The notes: generated by a model not told the origin, from the letters alone. Counted from the stretch's first letter, positions 40,741 through 53,815 are shown. The stretch: DNA of 64,000 bases from Octopus sinensis (GCF_006345805.1 NC_042998.1:3472001-3536000), one strand, 5' to 3'. Program-made: numbers and translations.

Positions 40741-40965
40741 ATTTATTTCTTTACTATCCACAAGGGGCTAAACACAGAGGGGATAATCAAAGGGATTAAG
40801 TCGATTACATCGACCTCAGTGCGTAACTGGAACTTAATTTATCGACCCCGAAAAGATGAAAGGCAAAGTCGACCTCGGCGGAATTTGAACTCACAACGTA
40901 ACGGCAGACGAAATACTGCAAAGCATTTCGCCCGGCGTGCTAATGTTTCTGCCAGCTCGCCGCCT
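40741..40965 (-). mobile_element. SINE S1
   Basis: Full monomer. Confidence 0.85.
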
Positions 40966-41242
40966 AAAATACCTCTACCATGATTGTAACATCCCATTTA
41001 CACTAAAAATTATCGTTGCATTTTGTTATGTCGATAGATATCTAAGCAACATTTTTGTGAAAAGCTACAATTATCAGGCATGAAAGAGACCGGCTAACAC
41101 GCACATTTACAACTTGTAAATAGAATAGTATAAATGTGCAAGACTTTGCTAATGTACAATATATAACAAATATTATTGTTGTTATCTTAATGCCATCGAT
41201 GAAATTTTGTTTCTTTGTTAGAAACCAGTTCGTTCGTTCGTT

Positions 41243-41655
41243 ATTCTTTACTCTTTACTCTTTTAATTGTTTCAGTCATTTGACTGTGGCCATGCTGGAG
41301 CACCGCCTTTAGTCGAGCAAATCGACCTCAGGACTTATTCTTTGTAAGCCTAGTACTTATTCTATCGGTAACTTTTGCCGAACCGCTAAGTTACGGGGAC
41401 GTAAACACACCAGCATCGATTTTCTAGCGATGTTGGGGGGATAAACACAGACACACAAACATATACATACACACACACACATATATATACGACGGGCTTC
41501 TTTCAGTTTCCGTCTACCAAATCCACTCACAAGGCTTTGGTCGGCCCGAGGCTATAGTAGAAGACACTTGCCCAAGGTACCACGCAGTAGGACTGAACCC
41601 AGAACCATGTGGTTCGTAAGCAAGCTACTAACCATACAGCCCCTCCTACGCCTAT
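41243..41655 (-). mobile_element. SINE S2
   Basis: Full head, core and tail. Confidence 0.85.
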
Positions 41656-42451
41656 TCTAGGAAAAATTCTAATAAATAAAACGTCACAGACACACACATA
41701 CGCAGATGCACATACACACATACAAAATTATACATACATATCTATTGCATTTAGTGGCTCATTTCAAATTTTGATTAAACAATCTGTGCTGGTAATATGT
41801 CTCTGTGTTTACATGAGTCAGACAATGTGTTGTTAACAAATTTTGCTTTACTTCGTTTTTAAGTGAGGCACCGAATTTGAGCCAGAGTTCTTTTTATTTC
41901 GGTAATTTTGAAAGCGGACCCCACCTAGTATTCTCGCCAGTCTTAGGCTCATCAGGTTTCGGTTACTTTTGCTTCAGTATAGCAGAGTTATATAAGTGGT
42001 GCTTGGTACAGTATTGTCTAATTTAGTCTACTGACGTTTGGTAGCTTGGAAGGGTGGGGTAAGTGAAGTTTGATGAGGCATGAGAATGGAGAAACTAAAA
42101 GATCTTCGTTTCAAGCAATCGAATAAGTATCCAGTGGTGTAATCAAAAGGCTTAATTTCACTATGCGATTAATTATTGGAATATGATACCACATAAATAG
42201 TTCTTCGTGACTGACGCCGTATTGGTGCTCCAGTTATTAATGCCAGGCAATCAACCTTGTTCCTCGCAACGAGAGAACCATAATTATCTTACCTTGACCC
42301 AGTCTGTATCCCCATGAATAGGCATAATACCGGGGTTCCGTACTCTGCTGAAGGTTGTATGCAGTATTTTTTTTTGTCTGACTGGCTAACTGCAGATGTA
42401 TGTGTGTGTAAATGTATGTATGCATACATGCATGTATGTATTGTATGTACG

Positions 42452-42485
<34 letters not shown>

Positions 42486-42649
42486 ATATATATATACTTT
42501 ACTTTGATACTTTGATAGGTTTCGGCATTATTGGCCAGGCCATGTCTAACTTAATAGCACCACCTGGTGAAGTCTTTCAAGTCAGAATTTGGGCACTATG
42601 GCCCACTCAAGTAGAGAGTTATATATAATATATATATATATATATATAG

Positions 42650-42990
42650 GGTAAAGACCCCCTTCGGTCACGAATGACCATGGGATTGCACCTAGAAAGT
42701 TACCCTCCTAGACACAAGTCCGGGCAAGGTTGTTTATGGAAGACCAGCAGTCGCTCATGCATACCAGCCTCCCCTCTCCACGCCACCAGTGTAATCCAAG
42801 GGAAAGACAAAGGTCGATACAGCTTGGCACCTGTGACGTCGCAACTCATTTCTACAGTTGAGTGAACTGGAGCAGCGTGAAAATAAAGTGCCTTGCTCAA
42901 GAACACAACACCCAGCCCGGTCCGGGATTCGAGCTCACAACCTCACGATCGTAAGCTCGACGCTCTAACCACTGAGCCATGCGCCTTCAC
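42650..42990 (-). mobile_element. SINE S3 (head B + tail Q) in a TA microsatellite
   Basis: Matches 12450-12790. Confidence 0.85.
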
Positions 42991-43089
<99 letters not shown>

Positions 43090-43179
43090 TGTATGTATGT
43101 ATGTATGTATGTATGTATGTATGTTGTATGTATGTATGTGTGCGTGCGTGTGTGTATGCGGGAGTACATATGTGTATTT

Positions 43180-43215
<36 letters not shown>

Positions 43216-43751
43216 CATTATATACATATATACGGATATGTACGTATGCATATATATTTGTAGATGCACATATATACGTTTATATATATATGTGTGTATA
43301 TATATATGTATACATACACTTGCACACGCACACATATATACATATAAATATACGCACACACATATACTTATATATATATATGCACGCATAGAAGCACACA
43401 CACACATGCGCGTATATGTCCATTCATTTTTCATTCTCTCCAAGTGTTTTATAATTATTTTCCATCCCAAAGAAGCTAAAAATGTTATTACTTAATTGGA
43501 AGAGCAGGGTGATACCCATAACAGTTTAAGGTCTATTTATATTGTAGGATAGTGTTACTGGGAACGATTGATATGGATAGCGTTCAATTTAGGGTCCTGG
43601 AGATTGGTGATTATGTTGAAAACAACCACAAGCTGGTTGTTCCGGATAAGTGCAGTTTTAAGAGAAAAGTCTCAATGAAAAGTTTACGGTTGGAGTTGAA
43701 ATCTTAGAAGATCACATGATGTTCTATTAGGTAATATATAAGGTAGACTGT

Positions 43752-44070
43752 GGAGGCGCAATGGCCCAGTGGTTAGGGCAGCGGACTCGCGGTCGGAGGA
43801 TCGCGGTTTCGATTCCCAGATCGGGCGTTGTGTGTGTGTATTGAGCGAAAACACCTAAAGCTCCACGAGGCTCCGGCAGGGTGGTGGGGGGTGACCCCTG
43901 TTGTACTCTTTCGCCACAACTTTCTCTCACTCTTTCTTCCTGTTTCTTGAGTAACGCTGCGATGGACTGGCGTCCCGTCCTGCTGGGGGGAACAGATACG
44001 CCACAGAAACCAGGAAACCGGGCCCATGAGCCTCGCTTGGCTTGAAAAGGGCGCATAAAATAAAATAAAC
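43752..44070 (+). mobile_element. SINE head A + tail R, 11-bp TSD
   Basis: AAGGTAGACTG at 43740-43750 and 44071-44081. Confidence 0.88.
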
Positions 44071-44081
44071 AAGGTAGACTG

Positions 44082-44290
44082 AGGTGGCAAGCTGGCAGAA
44101 ACGCTAGCGTGCCAGTCAAAATGCTTAGCAGCATTTGGCCCTTCTTTACGTTCTGAGTTCAAATCATGCCGACGTCGACTTTCATCCTTTCGGGGTCGAT
44201 AAAATGAGTGCCAATTTGAGTACTAGAGTCGCCGTAATCGGCTCACCCTCTTCCTGAAATTGCTCGCCTTAGGCCACAAATTGAAAACCG
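44082..44290 (+). mobile_element. SINE S1b
   Basis: GGCAAGCTGGCAGAA...GAAATTGCTCGCCTTAGGCCACAAATTG. Confidence 0.7.
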
Positions 44291-44807
44291 ATATTAACTG
44301 AAATACGTTTTAACTGTGAAGAAGAAAGCTACATTATGATTGTGGCTTTAATCATTTCTTTGTGTTCAAAGTTCAATGTTCACTGTTTGGTTGACATTCC
44401 AACTATGACCGTCTCGTCTTTTTTTCTGAAATAATATATTCAGAACTAATATTTATTTTAACTGCCCAACCAGCAGGTCGTGTATACTGTGTAGAAGCTT
44501 CTTCGGTTGTTCAGGCCTTGCGAAAAACTTTTGTCTACATGTGTTATTCTTTTATCTTTTAATCAGGTAAGAAGCAATGTTTATTGTCCTTTTCAAAGCC
44601 TCAGACACTGGTGGTAGGAAAGGTGGAAACTATCCTCAAACAGGCGACTAAACCAAATGATTACAACAAAGTCGGCTCCGCCAAAGGTGACCATAGTGCC
44701 AGGTGGTGGTGGTGTTAGCTCGGGCGACAGATTAAATCTACCAACAAAGTGAGTTATAGCAGAATTTGAATTCTGAACGCAATGAGGCAGAAAAAATACT
44801 GGTTTCA

Positions 44808-45010
44808 CATTTTGTCACAAGGCCAGCAATTTTGAAGGAGGGGTAAGTCTATTATATCAACCCCAATATTCAACTGATATCATTTTTATTACCTTAAAAG
44901 GATGAAAGGCAAAGTCGACCTCGGCAATATTTGAGCTCAGAAAGTAAGGACGGACGAAATGCCTCTAATCACTTTTTCTCAAGGCGTCTTAACAATTCTC
45001 CCACTTCGCC
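44808..45010 (-). mobile_element. SINE S1b
   Basis: Reverse complement of the S1b head and tail. Confidence 0.65.
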
Positions 45011-45587
45011 GCCCTATCCTAAACAAATATTACAATGCATCTGGTCTGACATTCTTAGGCTTCCACTAATCCACTGTACTGAATTAATTTTCTTTTTGTT
45101 TTTCTTTATGGGCTGGATTTGAACTCAGAAAGTAGAGAATCGTTCTCCGACGCTCTAACGACTCTGCCAAATCGCCACCTTATTTATTGACAATGAAAAT
45201 CTTGGGGAAGCTGAGCTCATAGACTTAATTTTAAAATAACAAATTAACTGACGTCAAACTGAGCTGATCTATTATCTGAGACATCTCCACCATACACCGT
45301 AATACGTCATCAACAACAGTAGCAACAAAAACAACAGCCACACAAGCAACGATTACTTATAAGTATTAAAGTAGAATTGTTCTGCTTGTTTTTGAGCATT
45401 ATATCACAATATCTCTTGAAAACCTGGAGATCGTGTGTCATGCTTAGACATTGTCGACAATAGTTTATTTTTTTCCATTCCCCCTACTCTTCCTTCCTCT
45501 TCCATTCTCGCTCTTCTCTTTTTGTATATGTCTTTCTTTCTTTCCCCTTAGTACTCTCCCCTTCTCACCAGCACCCTCTCTCTCTCA

Positions 45588-45622
<35 letters not shown>

Positions 45623-46013
45623 AGTCTCTCTTATAATTCTGTCTTACTTTCATTTATATTCCCTGACACTTAAAGTTTTCTTACGTATATTTTCCTACTC
45701 CGCCTCCCTCTTTATTTGAATCTTTCCCTTTCCCATTCTACATTGTATATACACAAACCAAAGAATGGACGGGAAAGAAAAAGAAAAGAATGAGAAACAT
45801 AAATGGATGAGAGAGTAGGAGAAAGAGGGAGAAATAGTGAATTGAGAGGAGTGTGGGCAAATTTAAGATGAATTTTTATTTTGGAAACATCCATTGTGTT
45901 CAGTGATCAAATTGGTTGACGTAGTTCTCTCTCATTATCTCTCCAACAATGGCCACTTCTAAAGAGCCCGAAGGCAAACGCTGTGTTTCGCGTATGTATA
46001 TGAGTGTATGTGC

Positions 46014-46067
<54 letters not shown>

Positions 46068-46973
46068 ATATATATATATAATATATATTATATATATCAT
46101 GTGTGTGTTGTGTGGTATGTATGTATGTATGTATTGTATGTATGTATGTATGTGTGCGTGTATGCATGTATAAGCACATGCACTCATTAGATACACATGA
46201 CACAGCGTTATGCCCTCGGGCTCTTTAAATACGTGTGTGTGTACATACATGTGCGCACACGCACGCGCACGCCCACACACACACACACACACGCACACAC
46301 ACACACACGGTGATTGTCGTGATATTTTCATCGAACCAGTTAAACTGTTTATATTGGATTTTCAAATTGGTCATAGAAGCTGTTGAACACGGAATTCCTA
46401 ATCTATACATGCATGTAACCGGTGTTCAGCCAAGCCTCACCTTTCTTTCTTGGTTCGACTACCATCCGTGCAACATCTATATTCCTCCCTGTGTCTGTCA
46501 AATCTTATGTCCCTGGCGTAAGGCTTTACTTCCACACATGCCAGCTTAATTCAATTCGTCCTTAATCGAAAGACACCTGTTGTTATGTCTTGTTATTTGC
46601 ATTTGTATTTGTGTAACATTTCTGCGTTTTTTCCATCCTTCTTTTCATATACATTCGCTGCTTTCTTCCAAGGAATTTAATGCTCTTAGCTTAGTTTTTC
46701 TTTGGGGCAGGCCAGATTGGAGCAATCTCAAGTATAACCAGCCGAAATTGCAAAGATAATCTGAAACTCGACTGAGGAAAGAAAACTCCGAATGACCCGT
46801 CTGTCTGGTTGTTTTGTTGTCCTTTTTTTGTATCAATAGTTGTCTAGATGTTTTGCGTTCTTGTCCCATTTTTGTATATATATATTTATGATATATATAT
46901 ATATACCAGAGTAAACACCTAAATGCGAAACAAGGTGGAAAAAATAGTACTCGAATACCAGAGGTAGAGTGAC

Positions 46974-47124
46974 ATGCTTTATTAAAAAGCAGCAGAAATA
47001 TCACAAAAACTGTTACTAGTAGAACAGTTTTGTTTAGATTCTAGACAAAACTGTCCGACGAACGGGAACGTGAAACTCTGAGTAACAGTTTTTGTGATAT
47101 TTCTGCTGCTTTTTAATAAAGCAT
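46974..47124. repeat. 44-bp perfect inverted repeat with nested hairpin and HHR (Penelope-like terminus)
   Basis: 46974-47017 pairs with 47081-47124; inner hairpin 47024-47054. Confidence 0.9.
47046..47094 (+). ncRNA. Type I hammerhead with U4C variant core
   Basis: AAAACUGU-CCGACGA-ACG-GGAA-CGU-GAAA-CUCUGAG-UA|ACAGUUUU. Confidence 0.7.
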
Positions 47125-47136
47125 ACATACATACAT

Positions 47137-47613
47137 TATGGCTGCCCCCTCGTTATCGAGTATGGCCATTGCACGAAGCTTAACTGTTACTGGTGGTGTG
47201 ATCGAATGTGACTTTTTAGCCCAGCTAAAGATCTACAATGTCTTGTACAAAACTGGCAACTAAAACCTTTACTGGTAATAGCCGGCTGTAGTTGTAACTG
47301 GGCTTCATGTACCTTTGCATGTCGTTTAAGTCCCCCTGCTGAATTACACTCTCTTCCACATGTCCGACAGATATGATTAGTATTGTGTGTTACACCACCA
47401 CCAATGGCCGGGTTGTCACTCATCTGTCTCGTTTTATGACTACAAAGATGACTCATGAGTCCAGCTTTACTGAGGCAGGGTCTTGCATAGACATTGCATG
47501 TCAGAATCAAAGGAAGACCCTTCCCTTCTGGAAGTGTAACAGCGATGCCCTTCCTGACATCCCTCCTTACTTTCTCATGTGCAATTCGAGATTTCTCAAA
47601 AGTGACTGTCCCC
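47137..47613 (-). mobile_element. 3' end of an RTE-type LINE with three C2H2-like zinc fingers, in (CATA)n
   Basis: FEKSRI...RK, then CRTCGRECNSAGGLKRHAKVH and CQFCTRHCRSLAGLKSHIRSH; short 3' UTR ending in (TATG)n; CATA repeats on both sides. Clade assignment is by motif recall. Confidence 0.7.
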
Positions 47614-47835
47614 TACATACATACATACATACATACATACATACATACATACATACATACATAGTTGGCTGCTATTTCTGAACTTCGGTATGCGGGGAAG
47701 CAATTCTTTTGCCGAACCCTTTTATTAGTATTACTAAAATTTACCGTGTTAGCGGTCCTGTTTTCATACCGAATTCTACATGGTGAAATTTATTGATTAC
47801 TTCGTAATTAATTAGTTTTACCCTTTGTTATTATT

Positions 47836-47873
<38 letters not shown>

Positions 47874-48081
47874 AATTATATATATATATATATATTATAC
47901 TAAGCAATAAGGGTTTAGCAACGAGTTGCCTACCAATACCGAATTTAGAAATAGCAGTCAAAGGGTTATAGCTATTTCTACTACTAAAAAGGGAGTTCAG
48001 TAAAAACAGCATTGAAGGCAGGGACACAAAACCAGGTAAGAGAGAATGAATTGACTGCAACTCTATATACATTTTTAGTTA

Positions 48082-48186
48082 TCCACGGACGTACGTTTCG
48101 AAATCAAGTTTTTAGGAAAGCATAAGAATTAAATATTAAATTAAATATTCTATCTTACCGAAACTTCTTTTTCTCTTCAGCGTAGA
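48082..48186 (-). ncRNA. Type I hammerhead ribozyme, unit 1
   Basis: Stem I UCUACG/CGUGGA; CUGAAGA (48174-80); 74-nt AU-rich stem II closed by GAAA/UUUC and AAGUUU/AAACUU; GAAA; palindromic ACGUACGU; GUC cleavage after 48088. Confidence 0.85.
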
Positions 48187-48672
48187 ATACTATAATCATA
48201 AATGATTTATATTGAATTTGAGATACCAGAAGGCACCAACTCAACTCAGTATCAGAGCGAGCTAGAATCCGCAACTGGTATCACCGAATTCAATTGTGAA
48301 TGAAACGATTGTGTCACAGCCCCTTCCCACCCGCGTGTAGCCAAAACAAGATGCTGTGGTCATCTACTGAGATAAAATATGGTTATCCGTAATAATGAAG
48401 GGTGAAATTAATTAATTTGGAAAAATTATCAATTACACCAAGTAGTCTTCGGCATGAAAAGCCTCATTCGAGGAAAATTTAAGTAATACTAAGCAATAAG
48501 GGTTTAGCAACGAGTTTGCCTTCACCATACCGAATTTAGAAATAGCAGTCAAAGGGTTATAGCTATTCTTCTACTAAAAGGGAGATCTCAGTAAAAACAG
48601 CATTTGGAAGGCAGACACAAACAGGTAAGAGAGAATGAATTGACTGCAATCTATCATACATTTTTTTAGTTA

Positions 48673-48777
48673 TCCACGGACGTACGTTTCGAAATCAAGT
48701 TTTTAGGAAAGCATAAGAATTAAATATTAAATATAAATATTCTATCTTACCGAACATTCTTTTCTCTTCAGCGTAGA
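48673..48777 (-). ncRNA. Type I hammerhead ribozyme, unit 2
   Basis: Same core, stem I and stem III; GUC cleavage after 48679, 591 nt from the unit-1 site. Confidence 0.85.
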
Positions 48778-50239
48778 ACTATAATCATAAATGATTATAT
48801 ATGAATTTTGAGATACCAGAAGGCACCAACTCAACTCAGTATCAGAGCGAGCTAGAATCCGCAACTGGTATCACCGAATTCAATTGTGTAGAAAAGATTG
48901 TGTCAACAGCCCCTTCCCACCCGCGTGTAGCCAAAACAGATGCTGTGGTCATCTACTGAGATAAAATATGGTTATCCGTAATAATGAAGGGTGAAATAAT
49001 TAATTTGGAAAAATTATCAATTACACCAAGTAGTCTTCGCATGTAAAAGCCTCATTCGAGGAAAATTTAAGTAATACTAAGCATATAAGGGTTAGCAACG
49101 AGTTGCCTTACCACATACCGAATTTAGAAATATAAATGCCGAACGATGAGAATAAGTGCGCAACACTGCATGGGTGGATAAAATTTCTTTATTTGTGTAT
49201 TAAGGCTACCGTTGGTGTCATGTTAAGAAATATATCTTAGTGTCTGGAAAATCTTTCTAGCCGACCACATGTATGAAAGTTGCTCGTTCTGTATGTATTC
49301 CTTTACATCCAAAGGGATTCTGTGAGAATTAGTATTATAATCCGCGTTGCATTCGGTTGGACTCTTCAGTTGGGCACGACACAGAATCATTTAGAAAACA
49401 AATCAAAACTGGTGAGTTTGTTCATAAAATATTTAGTTAGGTCATACACACATTTTATTCGTATTAAAATGTCAGTTTTGAAAATCTCATCAGAAGGAAT
49501 CAGCCTTGGCTTTTCACTCAGAGAAATTTGGTATCTGCCTGGATATTATATCCCTCCTCTTACTCTATATATCACATTTATTGGGAGTTACATGTATTGA
49601 TCAAAACTGTTTGATTCAAACTCCTTGGTACTCCGAGTTTCAAGCGTGATATGCTAATATATATATATGCACATATTTTTTAGTTTATTAATTAACAAAG
49701 TTTCCAAAAAGGTGAAATAATATTTTTACTGGAACTGTATCTCGAAGCTTTTATAAAGCTATAAATAATAGCATGTAAAAATTATTTATAACTTTATCGG
49801 CTTCGAGATCCAGTTTCAACAAGGAATATATAAAATGCACACATACATAGGTAACTATATACTTACATTCATACATATGTTTGCATGCATATGTGTATGT
49901 CTCTATGTAGATATATATGTTCACACACACTTATGATAGTCTACGTTTTTCCTTTTCTTCTTTTACATAAAACCAAACGAAAAAGAAACAAAAAATAATA
50001 ATCACGTGCTTCTAACTTTGAAAGCAGTCTTTAATTTCGTCAATTCATTTATTATTTCAGTTGTTTAGTTTTTCAGAACCTTGAAAAGAATTCGGGGTTC
50101 CGAATACAAAGGATAAGAGTCATGTCATCATGTCATCTCAACATTTCAACATATTACAGATGACATTCCAGATTTTCCATACTGTGATACAATACGCTTT
50201 TCTGTTTATTAAATGTGTACATACATACATAATACATAA

Positions 50240-50306
<67 letters not shown>

Positions 50307-50407
50307 ATATATATATAATATATATATATATATCTATATATGTATATATATATACATATACATACATACATAATACATAAATACATATATATATACACAT
50401 ATATACC

Positions 50408-50442
<35 letters not shown>

Positions 50443-50482
50443 CATATACATACATACATACATATATATATACATATATACC

Positions 50483-50517
<35 letters not shown>

Positions 50518-50939
50518 CTGTATGTATATATATAGTGTGTGCGTGTGTAGTCTTGAATGATTATTCTTACTCTTGCTTTGCTTTTTATTTCGCTTATATT
50601 CCGTTTTTCAACTTGTTAATTCTTTTACGAAGTAACTTGAACATTTGGCGTTCTTAAAAATAACTAAAATGTTTTATTATATAAAACATAATATTTATAT
50701 AAAATAAATACAATATAATATGATACAATATAATACAATCTAATTGTAAAAAAGAAAAATTGAAAAACAATCTGTATCTGAAATTTGAATTAAATTTAGG
50801 ACAAAAGAATCTAATTTATGTTTGTGAGTTTTTTTTTCCTTTTTTATATAAAAGAAACAATAGTTTTTGTTAATTTTGCAGTCATAGGATTTTCCAAGAT
50901 TTTTTACGCGCAAATAGCTGAACATAATGCATACAATTA

Positions 50940-51692
50940 TGTATGTGTGCATCTACGAATGTATACTACATGCAGCTATATGTATGTTATGTATGTATGT
51001 ATGTAATGTCTGTATGTATTATGTATGTATGTATGTATGTGGTATGTATTATGTCATGTATGTATGTATGTATTTATGTATGTATGATGTATGTATGTAG
51101 TATGTATGTATGTATGTATGTATGTGTATGTATGCGTGTATGTATGTGTGTATGTTTTATGTAAGTATGTAGTATGTATGTATGTTGTATGTGTATGTAT
51201 TTATGTTGTATGTATGTATGCGTGTATGTCTGTGTGTATGTATGTATGTATGTATGTATGTATGTATGTATGTCTGTTATTATTTATGTATGTATGTATG
51301 TATGTATTTATGTATGTATGTATGTATGTATGTATGTATGTATGCGTGTATGTATGCGTGTATGTATGTGTGTATGTATTTATGTAAGTATGTATGTATG
51401 TATGTGTGTATGTATGTATGTATGTATGTATGTATGTATGCGTGTATGTATGTGTGTATGTATTTATGTAAGTATGTATGTATGTATGTGTGTATGTATT
51501 TATGTATGTATGTATGTATGTATTTATGTATGTATGTATGTATGTATGTATGTATGCGTGTATGTATGCGTGTATGTATGTGTGTATGTATTTATGTAAG
51601 TATGTATGTATGTATGCGTGTATGTATGTATGTATTTATGTATGTATGTATGTATGTATTTATATATGTATGTAAGTATGTATGTATGTATG
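50940..51692. repeat. Long degenerate (TATG)n with higher-order substructure
   Basis: Recurrent TATGCGTGTATGTATGTGTGTATGTATTTATGTAAG blocks. Confidence 0.9.
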
Positions 51693-52159
51693 TGGTCGCA
51701 GTCAAATTACTGAATGAAGTAAAAGAATAAAAAAATAAAAGAATATAGTAATAATAACAGTAATCTTTGGTTGGTATTCATAAAAATTTAATGCATGGCT
51801 ACGCACGTTTCCACGAATCACATGTCTCTTAAAATCACAGTCCGTATTTCTGGGATGATTACAATGAATTCCTTTGTATCCGTGGGCATCGGGTTATCAT
51901 CTTCGTGGATTCATTTCTTCATTAATAAATGTTTAACACAGAGATGTTATCCCTTTTGACCACTGCGAAGGTTGATGGAGTTATGTGAGTATTTTCCGGT
52001 GTATTTGGTGGGAAGAAAGAGAAGGTGATGGAAAAAACCCAATGGATGGTGGTTATATGGATGTGGAGGTGAGTGTGGTGATGTTGAACTTATTTTGCTG
52101 TTCAGACTGCATATGTCAAGGATGGGAAACATTCCTTTGCTCGATCTCATTTAAGGCAT

Positions 52160-52453
52160 TTGTTCCTTCTCGAGCCATGCCTGGCTCATAAGGGCCGGTT
52201 TCCAGGTTTCCTTGGTGTATAGGTTCCCCATCTGGACGGGACGCCGGTCCGGCGCAGGTGAGCTGCAAGATGCAGGAGGAAAGAATGAGAGAAAGTTGTG
52301 GCGAAAGAGTCAGCAGAAGTTCGCCATTACCTTCTGCCGGAGCCGCGTGCAGCTTAAGTGTTTCGCTCTCATAAACACACACATCGCCCGGTCTGAGATT
52401 CGAACCCGCAATCCCTCGACAGCGAGTTCTAACTACTAGGCCATGTTCCTCCA
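52160..52453 (-). mobile_element. SINE head C + tail R, 14-bp TSD
   Basis: CTCATTTAAGGCAT at 52146-52159 and 52454-52467. Confidence 0.88.
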
Positions 52454-52839
52454 CTCATTTAAGGCATGGCTTTCTTCAATGAATATCTGAAGTATACAGG
52501 TCAGCTGATACAACCCCTACAGCCATCAGCTTTTGGGGTTTATTGTCTAAATTGATAAATGATAATTTCCTAGGGTGATCTTTTGTGTCTGTAGATATAA
52601 TGTATAGCATTCTAAATATTGGTTGGTTTGTTTATTTGCTTGTATCCCTTCTTGGCTTTATAATATGTTGGTGTTATTCTGTTTCAAAATGCTTCTTTTC
52701 AAATTCCAGAAACCCATGTTTTGCTTTTATGTTTACATGATATGATCATCCTCGGAGTGTCTATCACGTCTTCCCTGGATGTGATAATTTCCAGGGTTTC
52801 TTCTAGGTACAAGTTTATAGGCATTTTGAGGGAAGAGTT

Positions 52840-53270
52840 TTAATGGATTATATCGATAACAGAACTTGCCTGCTCCCTAATTTTATCGACCCCGTAAATA
52901 TGAAAGGCAATGTGGACTTTGGTAGACATGAATTCAGAGAGCGTATAAAATACAGAGATATAGTAAGGCATTTTGTTCATCACTTTGAAGATTTTAGTAA
53001 CCCCGACCCGATAATGAGAACAATAGTCCTGTCTTCTGTAGGCACAGGGCCTGGACTTTTGGTACCTATTTCACCAACTAGTACTTATTTTATCGATCAC
53101 GAAAAAAGATTAAAAGCAAAGTCGACCTCAGTGGAGTTTGAACCGAGAACTTAAAGAAGTGGAAGAAATGCCACGGAGTATTTTCTTCGGCGCGGTAACG
53201 ATTGTGCCAACTCTCCATTTGAATAACAATAATAATAATAATAGTGATGATAATAATAATAATAATAATA

Positions 53271-53318
<48 letters not shown>

Positions 53319-53584
53319 CAACAACAAAAAAAACAATAATAATGATGATGATACTAATAATAATAATAATAATCTTTTCTATTATAGACACAAGGCCTGA
53401 AACTTTGGGGGAGGTAAGTATTCCATAACATCGACCCCAGTGTTTCACTGGTACTTCACTTACCGACTCCGACTGGATGAAGACAAAGTCGACCTCGGAG
53501 GAATTTGAACTCAGAATGTAAAGATATATGAAATGCCGCGAAGCATTTTGCCCAGCCTGTTAACGATTCTGCTAGCTCGCTGCC

Positions 53585-53626
<42 letters not shown>

Positions 53627-53815
53627 GTTACAAATTTTTAGCACAAGGCCCGAAATAACGGGGTAAGTGGATTAAATCAACCTCAGTGCTCAACTGGTAA
53701 CTATTTTATCGACGCCAAAGGGATGTCGACCTCGGTGGAATTTGAACTCAGAAGGTAAAGGCGGATGAAATAACGCTAATCGTTTTGTCCTGCGCGCAAA
53801 CGACCCTGTCAGCGT
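52840..53815 (-). mobile_element. Cluster of four diverged S1b SINEs interspersed with (TAA)n tracts
   Basis: Repeated GTCGACCTCGG.GGAATTTGAACTCAG-like blocks at about 52900, 53120, 53490 and 53725. Confidence 0.65.

Larger units (their letters stand above)
47897..49132 (-). repeat. Tandem array, ~590-bp unit x ~2.1, one HHR per unit (retrozyme/PLE pLTR-like)
   Basis: ATACTAAGCA recurs at 47897, 48486 and 49074. Confidence 0.95.

Noticed and set aside
46310-46550. ORF with SSN..CLY and LY...TG, faintly GIY-YIG-like, upstream of the HHR hairpin
   Set aside because: Motif spacing does not match GIY-YIG; needs a profile search before any call.
47897-49132. CRISPR-like or satellite interpretation of the tandem repeat
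   Set aside because: There are no short repeats with unique spacers; the whole ~590-bp unit is repeated. No cas genes, and the context is eukaryotic.
49290-49370. Minus-strand CTGAAGA with GUCCAA/UUGGAU helix
   Set aside because: GAAA and stems I and III are absent.
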